This document shows, piece by piece, positions 29,501-39,553 of a stretch of 52,361 bases of DNA. The notes beneath the pieces are model-generated. The model did not search any database. It was not told where the DNA came from and saw only the letters and a program-made list of their open reading frames with translations. How positions within the stretch are numbered: the first letter of the stretch is position 1; each line of letters starts with the position of its first letter. Where the stretch lies: the NCBI GenBank assembly GCA_030432735.1, contig JAUIMK010000001.1:1-52361 (forward strand), in the 5' to 3' direction. The DNA comes from a bacterium (lineage in GTDB: Bacteria; Myxococcota_A; UBA9160; UBA4427). Position numbers and translations under genes: made by a program.

Positions 29501-29921
29501 TCTCGTGCCGCGTACCTTCCTCGTCGGGAGACCGGCTGACACGAAGAAGCCGCGAGCGGTGATCGAGTTCGAGCCCGTCGACGATGCGCGGAGCCAGCTC
29601 GAGCGGCTGCTCGACTGGGTGCTCGAGTCCGGGGACGGTCCGCTGCCCTTCTTCGCGGAGACGTCGCGCGAGTACGCGGCCGGGGCCGCGGACGATCCGG
29701 CGCAGGCGAAGCGAAAGGCCAATCTCCTCTTCTTCGGGAGCGGATCGGTCGCGTTCGGATCGGGACCCGAGGGCGAGCGCGACCTCGAGACCCTGCGCCT
29801 CTGGGAAGGACGTTCGCCCCTCGCCGAGGCGGTGCCCGGCGTCGAGGGGCTCGAGTTCGAGGGGCTGGCCCGGGCGATCTACCAGCCGCTCTTCGAGGCG
29901 CGGAAGGAGCACGCGTCGTGA
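26541..29921 (+). CDS. recC: Exodeoxyribonuclease V gamma subunit
   Basis: 1126 aa from TTG 26541. The N-terminus MLTVERSNRTERLFEGL...VVVQGPGMERWL parallels E. coli RecC (MLRVYHSNRLDVL...). It is followed by recB and recD. Confidence 0.92.
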   Translation: MLTVERSNRTERLFEGLATRLMAPGRDPLRPATVVVQGPGMERWLAQSLAREYGICANTEFIFPRTFLERVFSQVEGDDGVSAGIWQGGRLVWAVARQLEALRGDPDFAPLALHLDATDGDWRRVQLAGEIAAMLDRYATHRPQWLHDWCAGRNLPTDGDARWQGRLVHALGQASEDRPFADRALRVLEALETTSAQTALARAWPRGVEVFAVSTLLPVDLAVLDRVSRIVDVHLSILSPSRQWWAELWHEVREAERAGLLQPGGLPMAPPPAEALIDPPTPVGRLLAGLGRLGADFQRCLEELESAQEADESRYEAPPSDTLLGRLQRRFLDLDEPGDGERVVPASDASIQVHRCYGPRRELEVVHAQLHEAFRALPDLVPEDVIVMAPGIDAIAPDIEAVFGALGEEEGAIPHRIADRGAMRRSPVAETFVALLQLLTGRAGRGEVIDWLAREPARERFGLAPDAVEEVADWAARAGIRFGLDAEHRAALGLAADPAHTWTEGLARLALSHAVGTTGAAYRSLAAERIGPMADPALLGALGDLIDLLVDARRGSSGRRTVGGWCRWLAELLDASCEGGGLSADEHVRIRTHLGRITEDAAVAGFEDEIPFEAIRERVVEALTASPAPQAFLAGGVTFCELVPLRAIPFRVVVILGLVDGAFPRGRPAPGYDLMARAPRAGDRSQRNDDRYLFLEALLSARDRLILTAPARDVRDGSDLPLSIVVTELLEALDGTFSTDDGRPLQERLVVSHPLHGFSPSYFAGRREPGLFGVDPDAWAGARARKAALEAGGGRVRRFLDAPIDPDDAVPPTSQLGLETLIARIARSSRTFLRDRLHVRLPQEEDVVDELDPFTVDGLDRWGLGSALLQAMEEGVSPEAALERLTASPSTPRGVAGGSALRSIQAQVLEVARVADARRASGSCPDHAAVLELQLASGRSVQLSGRLDRLTPEGRVLARFTKHGKRAELEDWIRHLFLCACVDDGADLVPRTFLVGRPADTKKPRAVIEFEPVDDARSQLERLLDWVLESGDGPLPFFAETSREYAAGAADDPAQAKRKANLLFFGSGSVAFGSGPEGERDLETLRLWEGRSPLAEAVPGVEGLEFEGLARAIYQPLFEARKEHAS

Positions 29922-32900
29922 AAGCGCTCGATCCGTGGACGTTGCCCCTCTCCGGCACGGCGCTCATCGAAGCGAGCGCCGGAACCGGCAAGACCTTTAC
30001 GCTCACGACGCTCTACGTCCGGCTGCTCGTCGAGCGGAGGCTCGAGCCGCGCGAGATCCTCGTCGTGACCTACACGAACGCGGCGACCGCCGAGCTACGC
30101 GAGCGCGTGCGCGGCCGGATCCTCGACGTGATCGCGGCGGGGGATCGCGCCGAGAAGGGCGAGCCGCTCGGCGACGACTCCGACACCGAGCAGCGTCTGC
30201 GCGACCTCGCCGCGAAGGCCAGGCAGGATCCCGCCGGCGATGCGCTCCTGCGCGCGCTCTCCGGCTTCGACGAAGCGGCGATCTTCACGATCCACGGGTT
30301 CTGTCAGCGAACGCTCCAGGAGAACGCCTTCGAGAGCGGCATGCCCCTCGATTCACAGCTCGTCGAGAAATCGAAGCCGATCGAGCAGACGCTGGCCCAC
30401 GACCTCTTCCGGCGCCTGATCGACGCGGAAGATCCGGGGATGGTGCGCTGGCTCGTCGAGGGCCCCGGGACGAAGTGGGGATTCGAGCCGGACGCGCTCT
30501 ACGCGCGAATTCTCTCACAGCTCGGCGCGGACGACGACATGCCGCTCCTGCCCGGTGCCGACGCCGAGACCGGAGTCGGGCTCGCGGCGTTCCTCGCGGA
30601 CGCGGCGTCGGCGCGGCGGGAGTGGGCCCGGGCCTGGCGCGCGGCGCGCGACGAGATCCGCGAGCGGTTCGGCGACCCCCGTCGCATGCGGCAGGGGACC
30701 TACAAGCTCGCACGGATCGACGAGCAGTTCCTGCCCTACTTCGACAGCGTCGCCCAGCGGATCGAAGATGCGGGCGACGACGACGGCGCGATCACGGCGG
30801 TCCCGCTCCCCGAGCCCCATTTCGAGCAGTTCACCAACGCCGGGCTCGCGAAGGCCACGAACAAGGGGCACGAGCCGGTTTCCCACCCCGTCTTCGACAC
30901 GTTCGACGAGGTCTGGTCCCACACGAAGTCGATGGCTGCGATGCGCGAGGCACGCGTGGTCGAGCTGCGGCGCCGCTTCGTCGAGCTCGCCCGCGAAGAG
31001 GCCGCGCGGCGGCGCGACGAGCGCCATCTCTACTTCTTCGACGACCTGCTGAGCGAGGTGCGGCGCGCGCTGAGGGGCGACGCGGGGGCGCGACTGACGG
31101 CGCTGCTCCGCGAGCGCTACCGGGTCGCACTGATCGACGAATTCCAGGACACGGATCCGGTCCAGTACGACGTGTTCCGCCGGGTCTGGCACGATGCGCC
31201 GAGCAGCGAGGATCTCGGCCTCGTGCTGATCGGCGATCCGAAGCAGGCGATCTACTCGTTCCGGGGCGCCGACGTCTTCACCTATCTCTCTGCGCACGAA
31301 GACGCGGGGGACGCGGTGTTCGGCCTCGAACGCAACTACCGCTCGGACCCCGGTCTGATCGCGGCAGTCAACGCGCTCTTCGGGCGGTCGGACGATCCGT
31401 TCCGCGTCGGCAAGATCGAGTTCGTGCCCGTGGATGCGCGCCCGGATTTCGTGCCGAGCTTCGATCCCGGGAAGGGGGTCGACGGGGCATTGCGCGTCCT
31501 GATGCTCGAACGGGAGTCGATCGAGCCCGCCACGGGTCAGCCCGTCGACCCGAGGGCGCGGCTGGAGGCGCGGTTCGGGCGGACGCTCGGGGTTCGGGCG
31601 GTCGCGAACGACGTCGCGCGACGCCTCGAGTCCGGTGCCCGGGTGAAGGACGAGGCGCTCGCGCCATCGGACATCGCGATCCTTTGCCGCAAGAAGTCGG
31701 AGATCCGCTTGATGCGGGAGGCGCTCGAAGCCCTCGGCATCCCGTGCGTCGACCAGGGCGAAGCGGACGTCTTCGAATCCCGCGAAGCGTGGGAGCTGTC
31801 GAGCATCCTCCAGGCGATGCTCCACCCGACGGATCCGGCGCGGCTGCGAGGCGCGTTCTCGACGGGGGCGCACGGCGCGGACGCGGCGCGAATCGCGGCG
31901 CTGTCCGACGAGTCCAGCGACCTGGCGGAGCTCTCCGAGGCCTACGCGGAATACGGCCGGATCTGGACCCAGTCCGGATTCGGTCGAGCCTTCGAGACCT
32001 GGCGCCGCCGCCAGCGCGTGATCGAACGACTCCTCGCCTATCGCGACGGCGAGCGGCGCATCACGAACTGGCTCCACCTCGCCGAGCTGCTCCAGCGTCA
32101 TGCGAGCGAGAACCGTCCCTCCCGGGGCGGCCTGGTCTCGGCCCTCGATCGCGCCATCGCTTCGCCGGAAGCGCGCTCGGTCTTCGGTGGGGACGCGTCT
32201 CTCCTGCGGTTGGAGCGGGACGATCGCGCGGTCCAGCTCGTGACGCTCCACAGCAGCAAGGGCCTCGAGTATCCGCTGGTCTACCTGCCCTTCGCGTGGG
32301 AGGATCCGGATGGCAGACCCCCGAGAGGGCGCCCGCCCGTGCGCTTCCACGACGAGAAGACCGGCAAGCGGAGTCTCGACCTCGCGCGTTCCGACGAGAG
32401 CGTCCGAGCGGCGAAGGCCGAGACCTTCGCCGAAGAGCTCCGCCTGCTCTACGTTGGCCTCACGCGGGCGCGGCATGAATGCGTGATCGCCTGGGGCACG
32501 TTCAAGACGGCGTCGAAGACGCCGCTGGCTTCTCTCCTCGAAGGGGCGAGCGGGTCGGACGAAGCGCTCGAGGAGTGGAGCGACGACGATTGGGTCGCGG
32601 CGTTCGAAGCCATCGGCGCGAAGGAGAGGGCGTCCGTCTCGGTCGAGACGATGGACCTCTCCGAACGATCGCCGTGGGCGGGCGATGCACCGGCGCTCGC
32701 GCCGCTCGTCGCGCCCCCCCCGCCGGCCGTGCTGCCCGCCGCGACGCGGACGACGAGCTTCACCGCGCTCACACGCGAAGGTCCTGCGGTGGCAGGACCC
32801 TCGGCGGGGGCGGAGGTGCTGGGGCGCGACCTCGACGCCGCGGCGGAGGTCGCGGACGACGCCGCGGTCCTTCCCGACGAACCGGATCTCGTGCGCGGTC

Positions 32901-33670
32901 TCCATCTCTTTCCACGGGGTGCGGAGGCGGGGACGCTGCTGCACTCGGTGCTCGAGATGGTGGATTTTTCGACCGTCGCGGCGAACGGAAGCGAGCCTCA
33001 TCGGGACGACGCGCGGCGTCTCCTCGCCGCGAGCGGATTCGACGCGGGCCTCGTCGACACGGTGCTCGGGGTCGTGGACGCGGTCGCGACGACGCCGCTT
33101 CGACTCGACCCGTCGCCGTTCCGGCTGGCGGATCTGGATGCCTCCGCGCTGCTCCCGGAGATGGAGTTCACGCTCGGGGCGCCCGGTGGTGGCTTCACCC
33201 CGGCGGCGCTCGCTGCGGAGCTGGAACGCGCGCCCGAAGGCTCCCCGCTCCGACGTTATGCGCCCTTCGCGAAGCGACTCGCCTTCCCGGCGCTGCGCGG
33301 CTTCCTGCGAGGCTTCATCGACGCCGTCTTCTTCGACGGCGAGCGCTACTTCCTGGCGGACTACAAGTCGAACCATCTCGGCGCGCGGCAGGCGGACTAT
33401 CTCCCGGATGCGCTCGTCCCGCCGATGATCGAACACGACTACGTGCTGCAGTATCTGCTCTACACGGTGGCCCTCGATCGACACCTCGCGACCTGCGTGC
33501 CGGACTACGACTACGATCGCGACTTCGGTGGGATCTACTATCTCTTCCTCCGCGGCTTCGCCCCGGAGCACGCGCCGCTCTGTGGCGTGTTCCACGACCG
33601 GCCGCCGCGGGAGATCGTCGAAGGAGTGTCGGCGCTGCTGGGACGCGAGACCGGGGAGTGCGCTGCATGA
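29918..33670 (+). CDS. recB: Exodeoxyribonuclease V beta subunit (UvrD-type helicase plus PD-(D/E)XK nuclease)
   Basis: GTG 29918 overlaps the recC stop (GTGA). 1250 aa with Walker A IEASAGTGKTFTL, UvrD-like motifs, and the C-terminal nuclease motif GFIDAVFF...LADYKSN. Confidence 0.93.
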   Translation: MKALDPWTLPLSGTALIEASAGTGKTFTLTTLYVRLLVERRLEPREILVVTYTNAATAELRERVRGRILDVIAAGDRAEKGEPLGDDSDTEQRLRDLAAKARQDPAGDALLRALSGFDEAAIFTIHGFCQRTLQENAFESGMPLDSQLVEKSKPIEQTLAHDLFRRLIDAEDPGMVRWLVEGPGTKWGFEPDALYARILSQLGADDDMPLLPGADAETGVGLAAFLADAASARREWARAWRAARDEIRERFGDPRRMRQGTYKLARIDEQFLPYFDSVAQRIEDAGDDDGAITAVPLPEPHFEQFTNAGLAKATNKGHEPVSHPVFDTFDEVWSHTKSMAAMREARVVELRRRFVELAREEAARRRDERHLYFFDDLLSEVRRALRGDAGARLTALLRERYRVALIDEFQDTDPVQYDVFRRVWHDAPSSEDLGLVLIGDPKQAIYSFRGADVFTYLSAHEDAGDAVFGLERNYRSDPGLIAAVNALFGRSDDPFRVGKIEFVPVDARPDFVPSFDPGKGVDGALRVLMLERESIEPATGQPVDPRARLEARFGRTLGVRAVANDVARRLESGARVKDEALAPSDIAILCRKKSEIRLMREALEALGIPCVDQGEADVFESREAWELSSILQAMLHPTDPARLRGAFSTGAHGADAARIAALSDESSDLAELSEAYAEYGRIWTQSGFGRAFETWRRRQRVIERLLAYRDGERRITNWLHLAELLQRHASENRPSRGGLVSALDRAIASPEARSVFGGDASLLRLERDDRAVQLVTLHSSKGLEYPLVYLPFAWEDPDGRPPRGRPPVRFHDEKTGKRSLDLARSDESVRAAKAETFAEELRLLYVGLTRARHECVIAWGTFKTASKTPLASLLEGASGSDEALEEWSDDDWVAAFEAIGAKERASVSVETMDLSERSPWAGDAPALAPLVAPPPPAVLPAATRTTSFTALTREGPAVAGPSAGAEVLGRDLDAAAEVADDAAVLPDEPDLVRGLHLFPRGAEAGTLLHSVLEMVDFSTVAANGSEPHRDDARRLLAASGFDAGLVDTVLGVVDAVATTPLRLDPSPFRLADLDASALLPEMEFTLGAPGGGFTPAALAAELERAPEGSPLRRYAPFAKRLAFPALRGFLRGFIDAVFFDGERYFLADYKSNHLGARQADYLPDALVPPMIEHDYVLQYLLYTVALDRHLATCVPDYDYDRDFGGIYYLFLRGFAPEHAPLCGVFHDRPPREIVEGVSALLGRETGECAA

Positions 33671-35505
33671 CGCTTCCGCTCTTTCCGGAAACGAGCGACG
33701 GACCGCCCCCGGCGGAGGAGGGGCGCGACGTGCTCGCGCGCATGCGCGCGGCCGGCGTCCTCACGGCCCTCGACGAGCAGTTCGCGCGCCGCCTGTCGGC
33801 GCTCTACGAGGCCGAGGACGAGGGCGTTCGCTGGGCGGCGGCGGTCGTCTGCCACCAGCAGGCGAACGGACACGTCTGCGCGGACCTGCGCCAGCTCGCC
33901 CGGGACGGACTCGTCTCGGAGCTCGGGGACGAGATCCGGGTGGAGTCGGCGCTCCAGACCCACGACGACGTCGATGCCTGGATCGACACGATCGCGGCGA
34001 GCCGGTTGGTCACACGCGAGGGGCAGGAGACGGAGCCTCGGCCCTTCGTCCTCGATGCGAAGGACCGGCTCTACCTGGCGAGGGAGTTCGAGGCGGAGGT
34101 CGGGCTCGCGCGCCATCTCGCCGCGCGCGGGGCCGCGCCGGATTTCGAGCTCGACCCGGATTGGACCGAGGACGTGGTGGCGCGACTCGCAGGAAACGGC
34201 GACCCGGCTGCGGCGTCCGCCCTCCGCGTCGGACTGGCGCGTCCCCTCGCGGTCGTCACCGGCGGGCCCGGCACCGGGAAGACGACCCTCGTCGTGCGGC
34301 TGATCGCGGCGCTCGTGGAGCGGGCCCTCGAGCGGGACGAGCCCGCACCGCGGGTCCGGCTGCTGGCGCCGACGGGCAAGGCCGCGGCGGCGATGGCCGG
34401 TGCCTTCGCTCGGGGTCGCGAACGCGTCGACGCCCCCGCGGCGGTGCTCGAAGCGCTGCCGGAGCAGGCGGGCACGATCCAGCGCGCGCTGCTCGGTCAG
34501 TCGCGCCTCGATCGCTTCGGGCGCGCGCCGGACGTCCGGCTGGACGCCGACGTCGTCGTCGTCGACGAGGCGTCGATGGTCGACCTCGACCTGATGAAGC
34601 GCCTCTTCGACGCCTGCGTCGACGTGCCGCGCGTGCTCCTGTTAGGCGACGCGGATCAGCTCGCGAGCGTCGAGTCCGGCGCGGTGCTCCACGAGCTGAG
34701 CACGCCCGGCGACGCGATCGAGTCGGATGGTGGGCTCGCGCGCTCGTTGGTCCGGCTGACGACGAGCCATCGCTTCGATGCGGAGGGTGGGATCGGTCGG
34801 CTCGCCGCGGCGATTCGCGACGGCGACGTGGAGACGGTGCTCGCGCTTCTCGACGATCCGTCGCTTCCCGAGGTCTCGCGCTTCGACGCCGCCCGTCCGG
34901 AGGAGGTGGTGGCGCGCGTGGTCGCGCAGGCCGAGGAGACCCATCGGGCCGTCGCCGAAGCCACCGATCCCGCCGAGAAGCTCGAGCGACTCGGGCGCCA
35001 CCGGGTCCTCTGCGCCCATCGCCGCGGTCCCCTGGGCGCCGCGACGCTCGGGACGCGCCTCGACGAGGCGGCGGCGGCGATCCACGCGACGACGACCCGC
35101 GCGGGCTGGTGGCGCGGGCGGATGCTCCTCGTGACGCGCAACGCGCCGGATCAGGATCTCTGGAACGGCGACATCGGCCTGATCGCCGACACGGCGAAGG
35201 GGCTGCGGGCGCTCTTCCCGGACGGCCACGGCGGTGTGCGGTCGCTGTCCGCCGGACGACTCCCGAGCCACGAGAGCGCGGTCGCCATGAGCGTGCACAA
35301 GAGTCAGGGCTCGGAGTTCGACGAGGTCGACCTCGTGCTCGGGGATCGCTCTTCGCCGATCATGACGCGGGAGCTCTTCTACACGGGCGTGACCCGCGCG
35401 CGCCGGGCGATCCGGGTCTTCGCGTCCAGCGAGGCGATCCGTGCGATGATGGCGCGACGGATCGTGCGCGACTCGGGGCTCGCCGAGCGGCTCTCGAGGG
35501 CGTGA
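33667..35505 (+). CDS. recD: Exodeoxyribonuclease V alpha subunit
   Basis: ATG 33667 overlaps the recB stop (ATGA). 612 aa with Walker A VVTGGPGTGKTT, then VVVDEASMVD, and C-terminal SVHKSQGSEF...LFYTGVTRAR. Confidence 0.92.
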   Translation: MTLPLFPETSDGPPPAEEGRDVLARMRAAGVLTALDEQFARRLSALYEAEDEGVRWAAAVVCHQQANGHVCADLRQLARDGLVSELGDEIRVESALQTHDDVDAWIDTIAASRLVTREGQETEPRPFVLDAKDRLYLAREFEAEVGLARHLAARGAAPDFELDPDWTEDVVARLAGNGDPAAASALRVGLARPLAVVTGGPGTGKTTLVVRLIAALVERALERDEPAPRVRLLAPTGKAAAAMAGAFARGRERVDAPAAVLEALPEQAGTIQRALLGQSRLDRFGRAPDVRLDADVVVVDEASMVDLDLMKRLFDACVDVPRVLLLGDADQLASVESGAVLHELSTPGDAIESDGGLARSLVRLTTSHRFDAEGGIGRLAAAIRDGDVETVLALLDDPSLPEVSRFDAARPEEVVARVVAQAEETHRAVAEATDPAEKLERLGRHRVLCAHRRGPLGAATLGTRLDEAAAAIHATTTRAGWWRGRMLLVTRNAPDQDLWNGDIGLIADTAKGLRALFPDGHGGVRSLSAGRLPSHESAVAMSVHKSQGSEFDEVDLVLGDRSSPIMTRELFYTGVTRARRAIRVFASSEAIRAMMARRIVRDSGLAERLSRA

Positions 35506-35539
35506 TGCGCGGACGGCCGAACGCGCGCAGGAGCGATTG

Positions 35540-36496
35540 ATGGCGCCGGGACGTCGGAAGAAGCCCGCTCGACGCGGACGGAGCGCCGAGGATGCGCCGC
35601 CGCAGCCCGACTTCGAGGGCGGGACGCCGGGCCTCGTCGTGGCCCATCATGGCGTCGCCGTGCTCGTCCGTTTCGAGGACGGCAGCGAGCGGCAGATCTG
35701 GCTCCAGCCCGATCAGCGCGCCGTGGTCGGCGACCGCGTGCGCGTCCGGGGCGACCGTCTCGCGGTCGATCCGGCCCACGGCGTCCTGCGTCGCCGCGAC
35801 CCGCGCGGACGCGAACGCACGATCGCCACGAACCTCGACTGGCTCGGCATCGTCGTCGCCGTCGAGCCCCGCGAGCCCCCCGGCTACATCGACCGCGGCT
35901 TCGTGATCGCGCGGGCGGCGGGGATCGAGCCCTTCCTCGTCCTCAACAAGACGGACCTCGACGAGGGCGGCGCGCTCGGAGCGCGCCTCGAGGAGATCTA
36001 CGCCTCGTCCGGTCCCGTCTTCCGGGTCTCCGCCGAGAGTGGCGAGGGGCTCGAGCAGATCCCGGTGCTGCTCGCCGGAGGGAAACTCGGTGCGTTCGTC
36101 GGCCCCTCCGGCGTCGGCAAGAGCTCGCTCGTGAACGCGCTCGTCCCGGATCTCGACCTGCGCGTCGGTGCCCTCAACCGGGGCAGCGGCAAGGGCACCC
36201 ACACGACGACCACCGCGACGCTCCACGCGCTCCCGGGCGGCGGCTTCCTCGTCGACACCGCCGGCTTCAAGGATTTCATCGCGGTCGACCTCGAGCCGTC
36301 GGAAGCCGCCGCCGGCTTCCCTGGATTCGAGGTGCCGCTCGAGGCGGGCTGTCGCTTCCGGGATTGCCTCCACCGGACCGAGCCCGGCTGCGGCGTGCTC
36401 GCCGCCCTCGCGGCCGGTGAGATCGACGAACGGCGCCATCGCGCCTATCTCCAGCTCGTCGAAGAGCTCGAGTCCCCGGACGACCAGCGGCGCTAG
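35540..36496 (+). CDS. rsgA: Ribosome small-subunit-dependent GTPase A
   Basis: ATG 35540 with SD AGGAG at a 6-nt spacer. Circularly permuted GTPase motifs ([27 protein letters not shown]) and the C-terminal zinc motif [14 protein letters not shown]. Confidence 0.9.
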   Translation: MAPGRRKKPARRGRSAEDAPPQPDFEGGTPGLVVAHHGVAVLVRFEDGSERQIWLQPDQRAVVGDRVRVRGDRLAVDPAHGVLRRRDPRGRERTIATNLDWLGIVVAVEPREPPGYIDRGFVIARAAGIEPFLVLNKTDLDEGGALGARLEEIYASSGPVFRVSAESGEGLEQIPVLLAGGKLGAFVGPSGVGKSSLVNALVPDLDLRVGALNRGSGKGTHTTTTATLHALPGGGFLVDTAGFKDFIAVDLEPSEAAAGFPGFEVPLEAGCRFRDCLHRTEPGCGVLAALAAGEIDERRHRAYLQLVEELESPDDQRR

Positions 36497-37368
36497 GCCG
36501 GATCGGCGTCCGGTCGCTCGAAGCTGATCGGGCCGATCTTGCCCGCGCGCAGATCACGCAGGAAGATGTCCGCGGCGCGCTCGAGGTCGACGTGTCCGCC
36601 GGAGCGGAGCGCGCCCCGCCGGCGCCCCACCGCTTCGAGGAGCAGGACGGCGCGGGTGGCGTCCGTCGGATCCGGCGAGGTCCGCGAGAGGATCTCCTCG
36701 ACGCCCTCGTCGAGGTCGAAGCGTTCCTCGAGGAGCTCGGGGTAGGTCGTCGCGACGAAGCAGACGGCCCAGCCGGCGACGTCGACCGGTTCGAAGGCGT
36801 TCTCGCCGACGGCGCCGCTCGCTGCCAGTCGTCGCGCCCCTTCCTGGTCGTCGAGCCTGGGCCAGAGGACGCCCGGGGAATCGAAGATGGAGAGGTCGTG
36901 GTCGAGCTCGACGCGCTGGGCACGTCGCGTGACCGCCGGCCGGTCACCGACCTTCGCCACGCGCTTGCCGGTCAGCGTGTTGATCAGCGTGGACTTCCCG
37001 ACGTTCGGGATCCCGACGACCAGGATCCGGACGGTCTTGCCGGGCCCGCCTCGATGGGGGGCGAGCTCCCGGCAGCGCTCGGGGATCTTCGCGACGCTCT
37101 TTCGATCGCTCATCACCAGCGCGAGGGGACGCGGTCCCTCCCAGGCCCGGGTCCAGGCTTCGGTCACGACGGGGTCCGCGAGGTCGGACTTCGTGAAGAG
37201 GGTCAGGATCGGCTTCTCCCTCGCGAGCTCGCCGAGCATCGGGTTCCGGCTGGAACGCGGCAGCCGAGCGTCGACGAGCTCGACGACCACGTCGCATTTC
37301 CGGATCGCCTCGCCGATCTCCCGGCGCGCGCGATTCATGTGTCCCGGGAACCAGTTGATCTTCGTCAT
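36493..37368 (-). CDS. rbgA: Ribosome biogenesis GTPase A (YlqF/RbgA)
   Basis: ATG 37366-37368 gives 291 aa, [37 protein letters not shown]...[13 protein letters not shown]. The remainder of ORF 36493..38754 is antisense to asnS and is discarded. Confidence 0.88.
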   Translation of the reverse strand: MTKINWFPGHMNRARREIGEAIRKCDVVVELVDARLPRSSRNPMLGELAREKPILTLFTKSDLADPVVTEAWTRAWEGPRPLALVMSDRKSVAKIPERCRELAPHRGGPGKTVRILVVGIPNVGKSTLINTLTGKRVAKVGDRPAVTRRAQRVELDHDLSIFDSPGVLWPRLDDQEGARRLAASGAVGENAFEPVDVAGWAVCFVATTYPELLEERFDLDEGVEEILSRTSPDPTDATRAVLLLEAVGRRRGALRSGGHVDLERAADIFLRDLRAGKIGPISFERPDADPA

Positions 37369-37461
37369 GACCGGCGACGTCCGCGCCTCTCCCGCAAAGG
37401 TGCCCGCACGATAGCGATCCCCCTCGTTCCGACGGTACTCTCGGCCGCGGGGGGGCCGTCC

Positions 37462-38862
37462 ATGTCGTCGAGCGAGTCGATCCGAAGCATGCTGCGCCGC
37501 GAGTCCGCCGGCGGCGAGGCCCTCGTCCGCGGCTGGCTCCGCACCGTCCGCCACGCGAAGGGCGTCTCCTTCCTCGACGTCTCGGACGGCTCGTGCATGG
37601 ACGGTCTCCAGGTCGTGGCGAGCCCCGAGACCGAGGGCTACGAGGACGTCGTGAAGCAGCTCTCGACGGGCTGCTCGGTCGTGGCGCGCGGAGAGCTCGT
37701 CGACTCGCCGGCGAAGGGGCAGCGCTTCGAGCTCAAGGCGCGCGAGGTCCTGCTGGTGGGCGACGCGGGCGAGGACTACCCGCTCCAGAAGAAGCGGCAC
37801 AGCTTCGAGTTCCTGCGCACGATCGCGCACCTGCGGCCGCGCACGAACACGATCGGCGCGGTGCTCCGGGTGCGGAACGCCGCCTCGATGGCGATCCACG
37901 AGTTCTTCCAGCGCGAGGAGTTCTTCTACCTCCACACGCCGATCATCACGGCGAGCGACGCCGAGGGTGCGGGCGAGATGTTCCGCGTCACGACGCTGCC
38001 GGTCGGGGATCCGCCGCGGGACGCCGACGGGAAGGTCGACGATGCGCAGGATTTCTTCTCGCGGCCGGCCTACCTGACGGTCTCCGGGCAGCTCGAAGGC
38101 GAGATCGGTGCGCTCGCGCTCTCGCGGGTCTACACGTTCGGTCCGACCTTCCGCGCGGAGAACTCGAACACGGCGCGCCACCTCGCCGAGTTCTGGATGG
38201 TCGAGCCGGAGGCGGCCTTCTACGACCTCGACGACCTCGCGGATCTCTCGGAGCGCTTCCTCAAGTCCGTCTTCGCGGACGTGCTCGACCGCTGCGAGGA
38301 CGACATGGCCTTCTTCGAGAAGCGGATCGAGAAGCAGGCGATCGAGCGGATGAAGACCGTGATCGAGCGGCCCTTCGAGCGGATCCCCTATCGCGAAGCG
38401 GTCGCGATCCTCGAGAAGGCGCGGGACGGCGGGGAGGCGTTCGAGTTCCCGGTCGGCTTCGGGCTCGATCTCCAGAGCGAGCACGAGCGCTACCTGACCG
38501 AGAAGCACACCGGTTGCCCCGTCGTGGTCACCGACTGGCCCAGGGACATCAAGGCCTTCTACATGTACCGGAACGACGACGACGAGACCGTCGCGGCGAT
38601 GGACGTGCTGGTCGGCGGTGTCGGCGAGATCATCGGCGGCTCTCAGCGCGAGCATCGCGCGGACGTGCTCGAGGCGACGATTCGCGCCCAGGGCCTCGAT
38701 CCCGACGACTACTGGTGGTACCTCGACCTGCGCCGCTTCGGCAGCGTGCCCCACGCGGGCTTCGGCCTGGGCTTCGAGCGGATCGTCCAGTTCATCACGG
38801 GGATGGCGAACATCCGCGATGTGATCCCGTTCCCGCGCACGCCCGGCTCGGCGGAGTTCTAG
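37462..38862 (+). CDS. asnS: Asparagine--tRNA ligase
   Basis: ATG 37462 gives 466 aa. It has an OB-fold N-terminus ([23 protein letters not shown]) and class IIb motifs ([37 protein letters not shown]). Confidence 0.9.
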   Translation: MSSSESIRSMLRRESAGGEALVRGWLRTVRHAKGVSFLDVSDGSCMDGLQVVASPETEGYEDVVKQLSTGCSVVARGELVDSPAKGQRFELKAREVLLVGDAGEDYPLQKKRHSFEFLRTIAHLRPRTNTIGAVLRVRNAASMAIHEFFQREEFFYLHTPIITASDAEGAGEMFRVTTLPVGDPPRDADGKVDDAQDFFSRPAYLTVSGQLEGEIGALALSRVYTFGPTFRAENSNTARHLAEFWMVEPEAAFYDLDDLADLSERFLKSVFADVLDRCEDDMAFFEKRIEKQAIERMKTVIERPFERIPYREAVAILEKARDGGEAFEFPVGFGLDLQSEHERYLTEKHTGCPVVVTDWPRDIKAFYMYRNDDDETVAAMDVLVGGVGEIIGGSQREHRADVLEATIRAQGLDPDDYWWYLDLRRFGSVPHAGFGLGFERIVQFITGMANIRDVIPFPRTPGSAEF

Positions 38863-38895
38863 CCCGTCCTGCCGCGCAGAGCATTGTCGGTCCGA

Positions 38896-39315
38896 TCAGA
38901 TCTCGTAGGTCTCCCTGGCCCACCGATCGAGCGCGCGGTTCATCCGCTCGAGGTCGGCGACGGCGAACCGCTCCTCGGCGACCGAGTCGCGCAGATCCGC
39001 ACCGACCCGGACCAGGCGCGCGAGGCGACGCTTGCGACCGGCGGGCGAGAGGGGCTGGCCGCGCCGCGGACCCGTCTGGACCGTCGGCTCGCCTTCCAGG
39101 AAGGGGCGCTCGAGGTCTTCGAGCTCCCGGGCGAGCCGCGTGCGCCGCGCGCGCACGCGGTTCACGCGTCGCACGACCGCGTCGTACTGGTCCTCGGCTT
39201 CCGCGCTGATCGGGTCGAAGGGGCGAGCGAGCGGCACCACGCGCGTCGCGGTCGGTCCACCCCGGGTGTCCACGGCGGTCGAGGCCCTGGCCTTCGGTTC
39301 CTGCGTGTCGTCCAT
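38896..39315 (-). CDS. Hypothetical protein (Arg/Glu-rich, predicted helical)
   Basis: 139-aa ORF with a strong SD (AAGGAG, 7-nt spacer) and GC3-rich codons. The opposite-strand ORF 38884..39384 looks like a shadow frame. I recognise no family. Confidence 0.55.
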   Translation of the reverse strand: MDDTQEPKARASTAVDTRGGPTATRVVPLARPFDPISAEAEDQYDAVVRRVNRVRARRTRLARELEDLERPFLEGEPTVQTGPRRGQPLSPAGRKRRLARLVRVGADLRDSVAEERFAVADLERMNRALDRWARETYEI

Positions 39316-39474
39316 CGTCGACTCCTTGCCCGCGAGCGGGCGCTCTGCGGCGACTCTAGATTCCCGGTCGTCCTCGACAGGTAGGTTCCTCCACGGGCCG
39401 ATTCGGGTCGGCGGGAAAGCGCCACCCGAACGAACGATTCGAGCCGAGACGGCGCTCTACGGACCGTCAGATCG

Positions 39475-39500
39475 CGCGACGGGGGGCGCCTCCCGTCGCG
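39475..39500 (-). terminator. Perfect 9-bp GC-rich hairpin downstream of the GT2 gene (terminator-like, no U-tract)
   Basis: cgcgacggg (39475-39483), 8-nt loop, cccgtcgcg (39492-39500). It is 54 nt after the GT2 stop. Confidence 0.3.
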
Positions 39501-39553
39501 GGCGCGCGGTGGCAGCTAGGGAGGATCGACGGAGTCGGCGCTTCTCGCGGTGC

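Noticed and set aside
30515-33595. 1026-aa minus-strand ORF
   Set aside because: It is antisense to recB, which has clear helicase and nuclease motifs. Its composition is Arg/Glu/Pro-rich junk.
26100-35505. RecBCD region as a possible novel defence or nuclease system
   Set aside because: recC, recB and recD have canonical size, order and motifs and are translationally coupled. The only extra gene is a small NTF2-like protein upstream. Nothing points beyond housekeeping recombination/repair.
37369-38754. Upstream part of the 753-aa ORF 36493..38754
   Set aside because: Only the last 291 codons (from [11 protein letters not shown]) are RbgA. The remainder is antisense to asnS.
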